Assembly (NCBI GenBank): GCA_003133025.1 | Contig: PKZK01000066.1 | Span: 2,183 to 22,103 of the forward strand | Length of the DNA: 19,921 nt | Reading direction: 5' to 3' | From: Vulcanimicrobiota bacterium | Lineage (GTDB): Bacteria; Vulcanimicrobiota; Vulcanimicrobiia; Vulcanimicrobiales; Vulcanimicrobiaceae | Part shown: one piece after another, positions 8,895 through 17,303 of the stretch | Layout of the letters: each line of letters starts with the position of its first letter | Position numbering within the stretch: position 1 is the stretch's first letter | Program-made: the position numbers and the translations under genes | The notes under the pieces: model-generated | Told to the model about the DNA's origin: nothing | What the model saw: only the letters and a program-made list of their open reading frames with translations | Databases searched by the model: none

Positions 8895-9170
8895 GTGAGC
8901 GGCGACCCGCAGGCAAAACCGCCGCACCGCCACCAGACGGCCCTGCGCGGCGTGAAAGCGATCCCGCGGCCCAAGCCCGACGACCCGTCGTACACCGAGG
9001 TCAATTACCGCTATGCGGGCCAAGAGGGGCACGTGCACGAGGTCGTGACCATCGGCGGCAAGCGCTTGGCGAAGGTCGGATTCGACGATCGCAAGATCGT
9101 CTATTACCTCCTCGACGACCTGGAACTCGACGAGTCGGCCGCGCGCGGCACGTTTCACGATAAGCCGTAA
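8895..9170 (+). CDS. Small hypothetical protein, predicted SH3-like beta-barrel
   Basis: Genome-like codon usage and fills the gap between its neighbours. Pattern YAGQEGHVHEV...KVGFDD...YYLLDDLE. Confidence 0.7.
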   Translation: MSGDPQAKPPHRHQTALRGVKAIPRPKPDDPSYTEVNYRYAGQEGHVHEVVTIGGKRLAKVGFDDRKIVYYLLDDLELDESAARGTFHDKP

Positions 9171-9191
9171 GGGCTCGCTGCGGGAGCCGGC

Positions 9192-11897
9192 CTAGATAGT
9201 CAACTTCGCGCTCAGCGTCAGCGAAGCGGGCAGCAGGCCGTATCGTTCGTTGAAGGTCTGCAAGAACGGCGAGGCGTTTTGCCCGTTGTAGGCATTGGTC
9301 GCGTAGGGCAGGCCGTAGCCGACGAGGCCGTACGACTGTGCGTGGCTGTTGAAAATGTTGGCTCCGTCGAGCGCCAAGACGAGGCGGCGCGAAACTCGTT
9401 GCTCGAGTGACGCGTCGGCATACGCGTAGCCCGGAAGCTGTTGCGGATTGTTGGGACCGACGGCGTGCCCGTCTAACCGCAGCAGCAGGCCGGCGGGCGT
9501 GCTGAACTCGATACCCAGCGTTGCCTTCTGCAGCGGCACTTCGAACGCTTGAACCCCGTTGACCAGCGTCGGATCGGTGCGTAACGCATTCACGGGTAAC
9601 CCATCGAGCACGATCGACTGGACGTCGTAGGCGTAATGTACCGCGAGGTGCGCCGTCGCACGCGTTCGCCCCGTGAGTTCGATGCCGCGCAATCGCGCAC
9701 TCGCCGCGTTGAAGGAGCGTGCCAGCGTAAACGTGACGGCGCCCGGCGCGGGCGACAGTCCGCAGAAATCCTTGATTCGCGTCAGCAGCGCCGGCACCGT
9801 CGAGGCCGGCAGGTCGGTGCCCGCTGCGAATTGCCCGGTCGTGATCCGGTTAGCGATATTCGCGTCGTAGAGCGTCAGGTTCACCGCGTCCATCGCATCG
9901 AAACGATGTTCGTAGCCGAACTCCAGATCCGAACCCGTCTCGGCCGCGAGTGCGGAGTTTGACGGACCGGCGCCGACGCTCACCGGCTCCGGGTTAGCGG
10001 GCGTGGCGTTGGCCAGCGCGCCGCAGTTTGGGTTGAGTGCGCCGATCGGCAGCAGGTTGACGCGGTCGTTCTGCAAGCTCGGCTCGTCCGATGTCGCGCC
10101 CGCGCTCAAGCGAAACGCATCGCTCGGGCCGGGCCGGTACAGCAGCGACGCTTGCGGATCGACGTGCGTCACCGGATCGATGCTCGAATTGCGCAGCCAT
10201 GCTTCCCCGACGAGGGTGAAGGTCGGGCTGACGGCCAGGCCGTCGCGTACGAAGACGCTCCGGTCGATTCTGCCGGCCGGCGTGTTGCCGGCGAAGGCGC
10301 CTGAGCCCGTTACCGTCCCGTTTCCGGTCAGCGCTTGATGAAGCCATGTCAGGCCGAAGCCTAGCGTGTTGTTCGCCGACCCGATGAAGTCGGTCGCGCG
10401 AAATCCCTGCGTCGACCATTGCTCCAAGAAATCGTCGAGCGGACCGTTCACGAGCGACGCGTCGCGGTGATACACTTCGGCGTACTCGTCCGCGAAGACG
10501 TCGAGGGTCAACGCTCCGCGCCCGGCAACGCTCGTGATGCGGCCGTCGTAATCTTGGTTGCGCAGAGCTTGCCATGCGCCCGGACCGCCACCCGCGGGCC
10601 CCGAAGCGGCTGCCGCGTAGGCGCTCGGGGAGAGGCAGGCGGGTCCGGCGTTCTCCGTCACGAGGACGCCGTGAGGGCAGGCGGCCGAATTCCCCACCGG
10701 TGCATTCGCGAGCACGTAGGCGTACGGATTGAAATCGTTATCGCCTTCACCGGTTTTATCTGCCCACGAGGTCGCATCGTATGCGCTCAGCGTCAACTTC
10801 GTGACCGGCGAGGCGACGTACGCCACCTTGGCAAACTGATTGCGCAACACGTAGTCGCCCGAAACGTGATAGGTCAGTTGCCGCAGCGTCGAACTGGTGA
10901 AGTCGGTACCGCGCAAGCCCGTCTGCGCCACGAGGCCGCCGGGAAACTCGCCGTACGTGCCTTGCACGCCGCTCACCAGCGCGTAGCTCAGCCTTGCATC
11001 GGTGCCCGTCGCGCGCAGCGCCGTCGAACTGCGACCCTGCGAGCCGAGAGATTGTTCGACCGCGAACTGCGATCCGGCGGTCGGTTCGATCGTGCGGAGG
11101 TCGACCGATCCGCCAACCGCGTCGCTTCCCGCGCTCGCGCTCGATGCGGTGCCGAAAGCGACGTTCACCTCGCGCACGGCGAACAGCGGCGCATCCTGAA
11201 AATTGAAACCCTGAATCGTTCCGTCGGCATCGGGTTTGCCCGGAAGAACGCCGATGGGACCGACCGGATGGCCGTCGAGGAGAACGTCACTTTCGGCGGG
11301 GCGCAACCCGCGCAAGCTGACGTATGCGTCGCCTCCAGGCGAAAGCGCGTCGCCCGAGACGACGACCCCGGGTAGGCTCTTCAGAGCATCGGCGACGCGG
11401 ACCGCGCCCTGCGCGGCGAGGTTCGCCGCCGGCAGCGTTTGGCCCGATTCCGCGGTGACCGACGAACTCGCCCGAGCGGTCAGGTGCCCGATTTCGCGTA
11501 AGGCGCCGTTCCTCGTCAGATCGATGCGTACGCCCGTTTGTTGCGCCGGGGCCGCCGTTACGTCGAGCGACGCTTCGAGGTACCCATTCGCGCTGACCGC
11601 GAGGCGATAGCGTCCCGCCGGCGCGGTGAAGCCGAAGCTCCCTTCGGCGTCGCTGCGCGTCGAGATGAGAAGCTTGCCGCTGGGTAGGTCGAGGTCGAGC
11701 AGCGCGCCCGGAACGGGCTTTCCGCTTGCTTCGTCGCGCACTTCGCCGATCAGGCGAGCCTGCTGAAGGATCGTGCTCTGTTCGGTGGAGGCTAGGCACC
11801 GGTGCGGAAGGATGCATGCCGCGGCCACGAACGCCGCAACCCATCGCCGTCCACCACGCGCGGTTCTTCGCGGCGTGCCCCGCAGAATAGGCCGCAT
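9192..11897 (-). CDS. TonB-dependent receptor with N-terminal carboxypeptidase-regulatory-like domain
   Basis: Signal peptide, GEVRDEASGKPVPGA...GRYRLAVSANGY domain, plug region (DALKSLPGV, SLRGL, VLLDGHPV, AVGGSVDLRT), AAETG, NIFN and a terminal amphipathic beta-strand. Confidence 0.9.
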   Translation of the reverse strand: MRPILRGTPRRTARGGRRWVAAFVAAACILPHRCLASTEQSTILQQARLIGEVRDEASGKPVPGALLDLDLPSGKLLISTRSDAEGSFGFTAPAGRYRLAVSANGYLEASLDVTAAPAQQTGVRIDLTRNGALREIGHLTARASSSVTAESGQTLPAANLAAQGAVRVADALKSLPGVVVSGDALSPGGDAYVSLRGLRPAESDVLLDGHPVGPIGVLPGKPDADGTIQGFNFQDAPLFAVREVNVAFGTASSASAGSDAVGGSVDLRTIEPTAGSQFAVEQSLGSQGRSSTALRATGTDARLSYALVSGVQGTYGEFPGGLVAQTGLRGTDFTSSTLRQLTYHVSGDYVLRNQFAKVAYVASPVTKLTLSAYDATSWADKTGEGDNDFNPYAYVLANAPVGNSAACPHGVLVTENAGPACLSPSAYAAAASGPAGGGPGAWQALRNQDYDGRITSVAGRGALTLDVFADEYAEVYHRDASLVNGPLDDFLEQWSTQGFRATDFIGSANNTLGFGLTWLHQALTGNGTVTGSGAFAGNTPAGRIDRSVFVRDGLAVSPTFTLVGEAWLRNSSIDPVTHVDPQASLLYRPGPSDAFRLSAGATSDEPSLQNDRVNLLPIGALNPNCGALANATPANPEPVSVGAGPSNSALAAETGSDLEFGYEHRFDAMDAVNLTLYDANIANRITTGQFAAGTDLPASTVPALLTRIKDFCGLSPAPGAVTFTLARSFNAASARLRGIELTGRTRATAHLAVHYAYDVQSIVLDGLPVNALRTDPTLVNGVQAFEVPLQKATLGIEFSTPAGLLLRLDGHAVGPNNPQQLPGYAYADASLEQRVSRRLVLALDGANIFNSHAQSYGLVGYGLPYATNAYNGQNASPFLQTFNERYGLLPASLTLSAKLTI

Positions 11898-11992
11898 GCA
11901 GCATATATCGACGCTTTGCGGCGCGGGCCTGAGATCTCGGAGCCTATCCGGCGCGAGGAGAGCGCTGCGTGGCTGCCGATAGGGAGCCTGAC

Positions 11993-12904
11993 ATGCCGAT
12001 CGTACCCTTCGCTCCGCCTCAGACCGTCCCGATCTTCAGCGGCTTCGACTACGTCACCGTCGATGCGGCGCGGCGCAGAGTCTACGCGGCGCATACCGGC
12101 AGCCAAGCCCTGTTGGTCGTCGATGCCGACACGGGCAAGGTCGTCACGCAAGTGCGCGTCGGGCCGTTGCACGGCGTCGCGGTCGAGCCCAAGAGCGGCC
12201 ACGTCTTCACCGGTGACGGCGATGCGCGCACCGTGTCTGAAGTCGATCCGGTCGCCTCGAGCGTCGTACGCAGCGTCGACGTTCCCGGGGCGATCGATGC
12301 GCTTGCCTTCGATCCGAAGACCAACCGCATCTTCGCCGACGAGGACGACGGCACGCAAATCTTCGTGATCGACGCCGCGACCTTCAAACAGATCGGCACC
12401 GTCAAGCTGCCCGGCAATAAGCCCGAGTATCTCGGCGTCGATCCCAAGACGAGCGACGTGTATCAGAACATCGCCGACCTCGGCGAATTCGTGGTCGTCG
12501 ACGCACAGAGTCTGAGCGTGAAGAAGACGGTGCCCACACCGGAACTCGGCGCGAACCATCCGCTGGTCTACGACGCGGCGTTCGGCGCGATCGTCGTCGG
12601 CGGCACTAAAGGATTGCTCTCTTCGTTCGATCCGCAGGGCCGCCGCCTCGGCTCGGCCGAGCTCCAACCCCGCGTGGATCAATGTTCGCTCGATGCGGTC
12701 GCGCACGTGCTGGCCTGCGCCGGTGGCGGCACGCTGACGTTCGTCAAGGTTTCACCGAACGGCGCGCTCTCGGTGATCGGCAAGACGGCCGTGGCGCCGG
12801 GCGTTCACACGGTCGGCCTCGATGCGCAGGCGCATCGGGCTTGGGTCGTGTGGAACGATCGCGCGAGCGGCGACTTCGTCCAGGGTTTCGACTACACGCC
12901 GTAG
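11993..12904 (+). CDS. YncE/YVTN-like beta-propeller protein
   Basis: AGGGAG precedes the ATG at 11993. Repeated blades FDYVTVDAARRRVYAA, HGVAVEPKSGHVFTG, DALAFDPKTNRIFAD, EYLGVDPKTSDVYQN. Confidence 0.85.
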   Translation: MPIVPFAPPQTVPIFSGFDYVTVDAARRRVYAAHTGSQALLVVDADTGKVVTQVRVGPLHGVAVEPKSGHVFTGDGDARTVSEVDPVASSVVRSVDVPGAIDALAFDPKTNRIFADEDDGTQIFVIDAATFKQIGTVKLPGNKPEYLGVDPKTSDVYQNIADLGEFVVVDAQSLSVKKTVPTPELGANHPLVYDAAFGAIVVGGTKGLLSSFDPQGRRLGSAELQPRVDQCSLDAVAHVLACAGGGTLTFVKVSPNGALSVIGKTAVAPGVHTVGLDAQAHRAWVVWNDRASGDFVQGFDYTP

Positions 12905-13503
12905 CCTTCCAACACGGCGAGCATCGCGCACAGCCACGCGGCGCCGAACGCATAGCCGCCGAGCACGTCGGAGAGATAGTGCGCGCCGAGCACCAGGCGC
13001 GACCAGCCGATGCCGAGCGCAAAACATGCGGGCGGTATGCTTGCCGCGACTTTCAGATCGTGCGGTAAAGACGAGCGCCAGACCAAGAGCACGATGCCCG
13101 CGAAGGTGACCGCGGCCGTCGTCGCGTGACCGCTGGGAAACGACGAGTCGTGTTCCTGGCGCTTCAGCCACTTCTCCGGACGGAGACGCTTGAAGACGAG
13201 CTTGAGCCGGCCCGCCGAAAATTGCGATAGCATCTGCGTCAGGGTCAACATGCAGAGTTCGAGGATCGAACGATGCAACGCCAGCGCGAGCACGAAGAAC
13301 GCCGCGTACGTGGCCGATAACGTCGGGCCGTATCCCGTCACCGTGAAGATCCAGGCGAGGTTGGTACCGCGGCCATGAAAGAATTGCCCCGCTCGAACGT
13401 CGAGAGCTAAGCGTCGCGGTTCGCGCGTGGCGACGCCGAGCAAGATCGTTGCGGCCACACAGGCGAGGCTCGCCAGCGCAAACGGCAGCGCGTGATGAAT
13501 CAG
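12892..13503 (-). CDS. PAP2 family membrane phosphatase (undecaprenyl-PP/lipid phosphate phosphatase-like); start uncertain (CTG 13503 or GTG 13458)
   Basis: PAP2 motifs KLVFKRLRP, SFPSGH and SRLVLGAHYLSD, with several hydrophobic helices. Confidence 0.88.
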   Translation of the reverse strand: MIHHALPFALASLACVAATILLGVATREPRRLALDVRAGQFFHGRGTNLAWIFTVTGYGPTLSATYAAFFVLALALHRSILELCMLTLTQMLSQFSAGRLKLVFKRLRPEKWLKRQEHDSSFPSGHATTAAVTFAGIVLLVWRSSLPHDLKVAASIPPACFALGIGWSRLVLGAHYLSDVLGGYAFGAAWLCAMLAVLEGYGV

Positions 13504-14414
13504 GGGGGCGATCCCACGAACGATTGCGGAACGACGATGCGCAGACCGTTGCGTGCGACGGAGAACGTGGCCGGCGTGCGCGTAACGATCTCGCCGTCCA
13601 TGTCGATCGCGCGACGCGGTTTGGTTTCGAGCATGAGGTGTTTGCTCGAGATGAAGAGCGCGTCTTCGAGATCGGTTTGGCGTCCCGCGAGCAGCGCCGT
13701 CCAGGTGCGCTGGATCTGCCGCCGGTTCGCGCCGGGCACGGCGAAGACGGTCAAGAGTCCGTCGTCGACCTTCGCGCCCGGATGGATCGGCGTCGCGCCG
13801 AAGATGCGCCCGTTGGCGATGACCAACTGGTGCGTGCGGAAGCGGTGTACGCCGTCGTCGGCATCGATGCGGCAGTCGAATGCGCGGTGCCGCCCGGCGA
13901 GAAAAATGCCGGTCAGCACGTAGGCCACGGGACCGAAGAGCCGCTTGAGCAACGGCTTCGTCTCCCGGGCCACGACGGCGGAGAGGCCGACGGTCGTGAA
14001 ATTCGCGAACGTCCGCCCGTTGACGATGCCGAGGTCGACGTCGGCCACCTTGCCCTCGACGAGCGTTCGCACCGCGCCCGCGAGATCGAGCGGTATGCCC
14101 ACGCCCTGCGCGAAGCTGTTGCCCGTTCCCAGTGGGAGCAAGCCCATCACGCTTTGCCCGCGCAAGAACGCGCGCGAGACCATCGTCACGGTGCCGTCGC
14201 CACCGCCGACGATCACGAGCGGCCGGCCTTGGTGAATCTCGCGTTCCACGACGCGGAGCATCTGTTTGGGCTTCCGTACCGGATATGCGGCGCCGAGGTC
14301 GATGCCGCGCTCGAGCATCGCCCGGCACGCCGGCTCGAAGGCGTCGCGGCCCCGGCGCGAGGCGGTGTTGACGACGAGCGCCGCACTGCCGGCGACCGGC
14401 AACTGCGGTTCCAT
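13500..14414 (-). CDS. Diacylglycerol/lipid kinase family protein (YegS/Rv2252/BmrU-like)
   Basis: VNTASRRG, GGGDGT, PLGTGNSFA and DMDGE motifs. ATG at 14414 gives 304 aa. Confidence 0.92.
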   Translation of the reverse strand: MEPQLPVAGSAALVVNTASRRGRDAFEPACRAMLERGIDLGAAYPVRKPKQMLRVVEREIHQGRPLVIVGGGDGTVTMVSRAFLRGQSVMGLLPLGTGNSFAQGVGIPLDLAGAVRTLVEGKVADVDLGIVNGRTFANFTTVGLSAVVARETKPLLKRLFGPVAYVLTGIFLAGRHRAFDCRIDADDGVHRFRTHQLVIANGRIFGATPIHPGAKVDDGLLTVFAVPGANRRQIQRTWTALLAGRQTDLEDALFISSKHLMLETKPRRAIDMDGEIVTRTPATFSVARNGLRIVVPQSFVGSPP

Positions 14415-14473
14415 GCGGGCATCTACCGCACGGCCGGATCGATTTCCGGCTCGACCCGGAAGCCGGCTTGCGG

Positions 14474-17227
14474 CTAGGGTGCGATGCGCAGGCGGGGCCG
14501 GCGCGTCCGGCGCTCGGCCACTGCCTCGAGCCAGGGAGCGACGTCGGCTTCGGCAAGCGCGGGAGCGAACAGAAAACCTTGACCGAAGCGGCAGCCGTCT
14601 TCGCGCAATTTGGCGCGTTGTTCTTCGGTCTCGATGCCCTCTGCGATGACCGTGACCTTCAGCGACTCGGCCAGGTTCATGAGCATCGTGATGATCGGCT
14701 CGTTGGCCAGATGGCCGTTTGCGCCGCGGACGAAGCTGCGGTCGATCTTGAGCACGTCGAACGGAAACTCGTGCAGGTAGCGCAGTGAGGAATAGCCCGT
14801 GCCGAAGTCGTCGATGCACAAGCGCACGCCCATGGCGCGCAAGCTCGCGAACATGCTCGAGGCGTGCGCGCCGTTGTCCATGATCGCGCTTTCTGTCACT
14901 TCCAGGAGCAGACGTTTTCCTTCGAGGCCGTTTTGTTCGAGCGTCCGGCGCACGTCTTCGAGGATGTCGCCTTTTGCCAACTGCGCCACCGACAAGTTCA
15001 CGCTGATGGACGGCGGCGAGAGCGACGGATAGCGCCTATCGAGTGCGGCGAGCAACGCGCCCGCGCGCTGCAAGGCAAATCGCCCGAGTTCGAAGATGAC
15101 TTCCGATTCTTCGGCCACGGGAATGAAGTCGGCCGGCGAAATGGAGCCGAACTGCGGATGCTCCCAGCGCAGCAGCCCTTCCAAGCCCACCACCGACGCG
15201 TCGTTGAGCGCGACGATCGGCTGATAGGCCAGTTGGATCTGTCCCTTCTGGAGCGCGTGGCGCAGTTCGCTTGCGATCCGGAAGTGGCTCGCGACCTTCT
15301 GGTACATCGAGTCGTCGAAGACGGCGGTGTTGGAACGGCCGCGCGATTTGGCGTGATACATCGCCGCGTCGGCGTTGCGCAGGACTTGTTCCGCATCGAC
15401 GTAGCCCGCGTGCAACATCACGATGCCTACGCTCGAGGTCACCATCGCGACCGAGCCGCCCACCGAGATCGGCGTGCGCAGTTCGCTCTGCACCCGATCC
15501 GCGGCGGCGCGAGCGGCTTGTTCGCCCGAAATATTGCGCAGGAGGATGGCGAATTCGTCGCCGTGGAAGCGGGCTACGACGTCGCCGGGCCGGCAGGCGG
15601 CGCGCAGACGGCGCGCGCTCGCGGCGAGCACGCGGTCGCCCGCGAAGTGACCGAGCCCGTCGTTGACCATCTTGAAGCCGTCGAGGTCGATGAACAACAC
15701 CGCGTGACGCTCGCAGGTCTCACGATCGGCCAGCACCGCGCTGACCTCGCGCACGAATTCGGTCCGGTTGGGCAGACTCGTCAGTTCGTCGTGTGAGGCC
15801 GCATAGCGCAGGCGTTCGTCGACCGCCTTGCGTTCGGTGATGTCTTGGACGATCGCAATCGCGGCGGTCTCTTCCGGTTGCGGCACGGTCACGGGCGAAA
15901 CGGTGATCTCGACCCAAACGGCAGAGCCGTCGGTGCGCGCGAGATTGCGCTCTATCTGAAAGGTGCCGCGCTTGCCCTCGAGGAGTTCGGCGAACACCGG
16001 GTCGCCCGTGGCCAGCAGCGAACCCACGTCGTCGCCGAGCATGGCCCGCAACGCGCCGTTGGATTCGATCGTCGTGCCGTCCCTCGCCAGCAACGCGATG
16101 CCCATCTGCGAACGTTCGAAGACCGCGCGAAACTGCGCCTCGGTGAGCAACAGGGCGCGTTCGGCACGTTGGCGTGCGAGTTCGGCGCTGAGGCGCTCCG
16201 CATCTTGTTGCGCCACGCGCAATTCGCTGCGATGGCGCCGGCTGACGGCGCGACCCACCAGGATGCTCATGCCCAGGAGGACCGCGATGCCCGCAAAGCC
16301 CACCGACGTCAAGATGCGATCCGCGCGATCGAGGCCCGCCAGCCGCTGCTCGAGGAGGTCGCGCACGACGTTTTGCAACCGGGAGAAATAAAGCGCGCTA
16401 TTCTGCAGCAGGCGCGTGTGATCGTCGGCGAGGCGCGCCCGCACGGCCGGCGTCACGGCTTGCCCGTGCATCACGTCGAGCAGCGAACCCTGCAGATCTG
16501 CAGCGGCCTTCGCGCTGTCTTGCCAGGGTTGGGCCAACAGGTTCTGGAGCGCCGGCGCTTGGCGGAACGTTTCGCCCATGTCGACGTTGAGCGGCATGCG
16601 CGCCGCCTCGGCGCGCGAGATCTCTCCCGCCATGGCGATTCGCGAATCGACCGGCGCCGGCAGACCGGGCCGCGCTTCATCGGAGCTTCGATAGGCGGCG
16701 ACCAGCCGTTCGAATTGATGCGCGTACGTGTCGTCGAGCGCGTCGGCGACGTCGCCGACTTCGATCTGGGATTCGAACGTAAAGCGGACGGCGTCCGCAA
16801 CGTCGCCGATCGAGTCGACCACGAGATCGCCGAAGCGGGCCAAACTCTGCGGATCGCGCGTCTTCTCGGCCTTGGTCCAAGAGGCGCGCAATTCGGCGAC
16901 CCGGCGAGCCGCCACGGGCACATCGCCCATGCTCGCCGCGGTCCGTTCTAAGGCGATCAGGCTCGTCTCGACGGCCGCGCTCGCCGCGGGCGGCGAGGAA
17001 CGATCGACGTCGGCCGAACGCTGGAGCACGTCCAGGGCGTGGGCGATGAAGGTGAGCCCGCGCTGCTCGCCGCTGGTCAGCGCAATCGACTGATGAATCT
17101 GCTGATATTGTCCGAGGCCGAGCCAGGCCAAAGGCACGATCAAGATCGCCGAGAGCAATATCAAACGGAGGACCAGCGAACCGGACCAATGGGAAGCGTG
17201 AGTAGGAGCGGAGAGATTTGCGGTCAC
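14474..17227 (-). CDS. Membrane-anchored PAS-GGDEF-EAL c-di-GMP signalling protein
   Basis: Two TM segments flank an extracytoplasmic helical region. PAS/PAC (FRAVFE...QDITERK), GGDEF domain (HDELTSLPNR, DLDGFKMVND, RFHGDEF) and EAL domain (YQPIV, EGLLRW, EVTES, DDFGTGYSS, KIDRSF, AEGIE). Confidence 0.95.
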   Translation of the reverse strand: MTANLSAPTHASHWSGSLVLRLILLSAILIVPLAWLGLGQYQQIHQSIALTSGEQRGLTFIAHALDVLQRSADVDRSSPPAASAAVETSLIALERTAASMGDVPVAARRVAELRASWTKAEKTRDPQSLARFGDLVVDSIGDVADAVRFTFESQIEVGDVADALDDTYAHQFERLVAAYRSSDEARPGLPAPVDSRIAMAGEISRAEAARMPLNVDMGETFRQAPALQNLLAQPWQDSAKAAADLQGSLLDVMHGQAVTPAVRARLADDHTRLLQNSALYFSRLQNVVRDLLEQRLAGLDRADRILTSVGFAGIAVLLGMSILVGRAVSRRHRSELRVAQQDAERLSAELARQRAERALLLTEAQFRAVFERSQMGIALLARDGTTIESNGALRAMLGDDVGSLLATGDPVFAELLEGKRGTFQIERNLARTDGSAVWVEITVSPVTVPQPEETAAIAIVQDITERKAVDERLRYAASHDELTSLPNRTEFVREVSAVLADRETCERHAVLFIDLDGFKMVNDGLGHFAGDRVLAASARRLRAACRPGDVVARFHGDEFAILLRNISGEQAARAAADRVQSELRTPISVGGSVAMVTSSVGIVMLHAGYVDAEQVLRNADAAMYHAKSRGRSNTAVFDDSMYQKVASHFRIASELRHALQKGQIQLAYQPIVALNDASVVGLEGLLRWEHPQFGSISPADFIPVAEESEVIFELGRFALQRAGALLAALDRRYPSLSPPSISVNLSVAQLAKGDILEDVRRTLEQNGLEGKRLLLEVTESAIMDNGAHASSMFASLRAMGVRLCIDDFGTGYSSLRYLHEFPFDVLKIDRSFVRGANGHLANEPIITMLMNLAESLKVTVIAEGIETEEQRAKLREDGCRFGQGFLFAPALAEADVAPWLEAVAERRTRRPRLRIAP

Positions 17228-17285
17228 AATGGATTACCGTTTTGGTCGGCCCCCGTGCGGGGTGGGGTGAGATGCCCCTCTTTAC

Positions 17286-17301
17286 TGTGACGCGCGTCAT
17301 G
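17286..17301. promoter_or_regulatory. CRP/FNR-like palindromic site
   Basis: TGTGA-CGCGCG-TCATG is an 8/10 match to TGTGA-N6-TCACA and contains the perfect palindrome TGACGCGCGTCA. Intergenic, upstream of the GGDEF-EAL gene. Confidence 0.35.
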
Positions 17302-17303
17302 GT

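Noticed and set aside
11951..11992. SAH riboswitch-like GAGGAG..CGCTGCG
   Set aside because: The downstream CAGGCTC and pseudoknot-forming elements are missing, and the downstream gene is unrelated to SAH metabolism.
12892..14556. 554-aa ORF as a single protein
   Set aside because: The upstream portion is a shadow frame over the DAG kinase gene. Only the C-terminal PAP2 part is credible.
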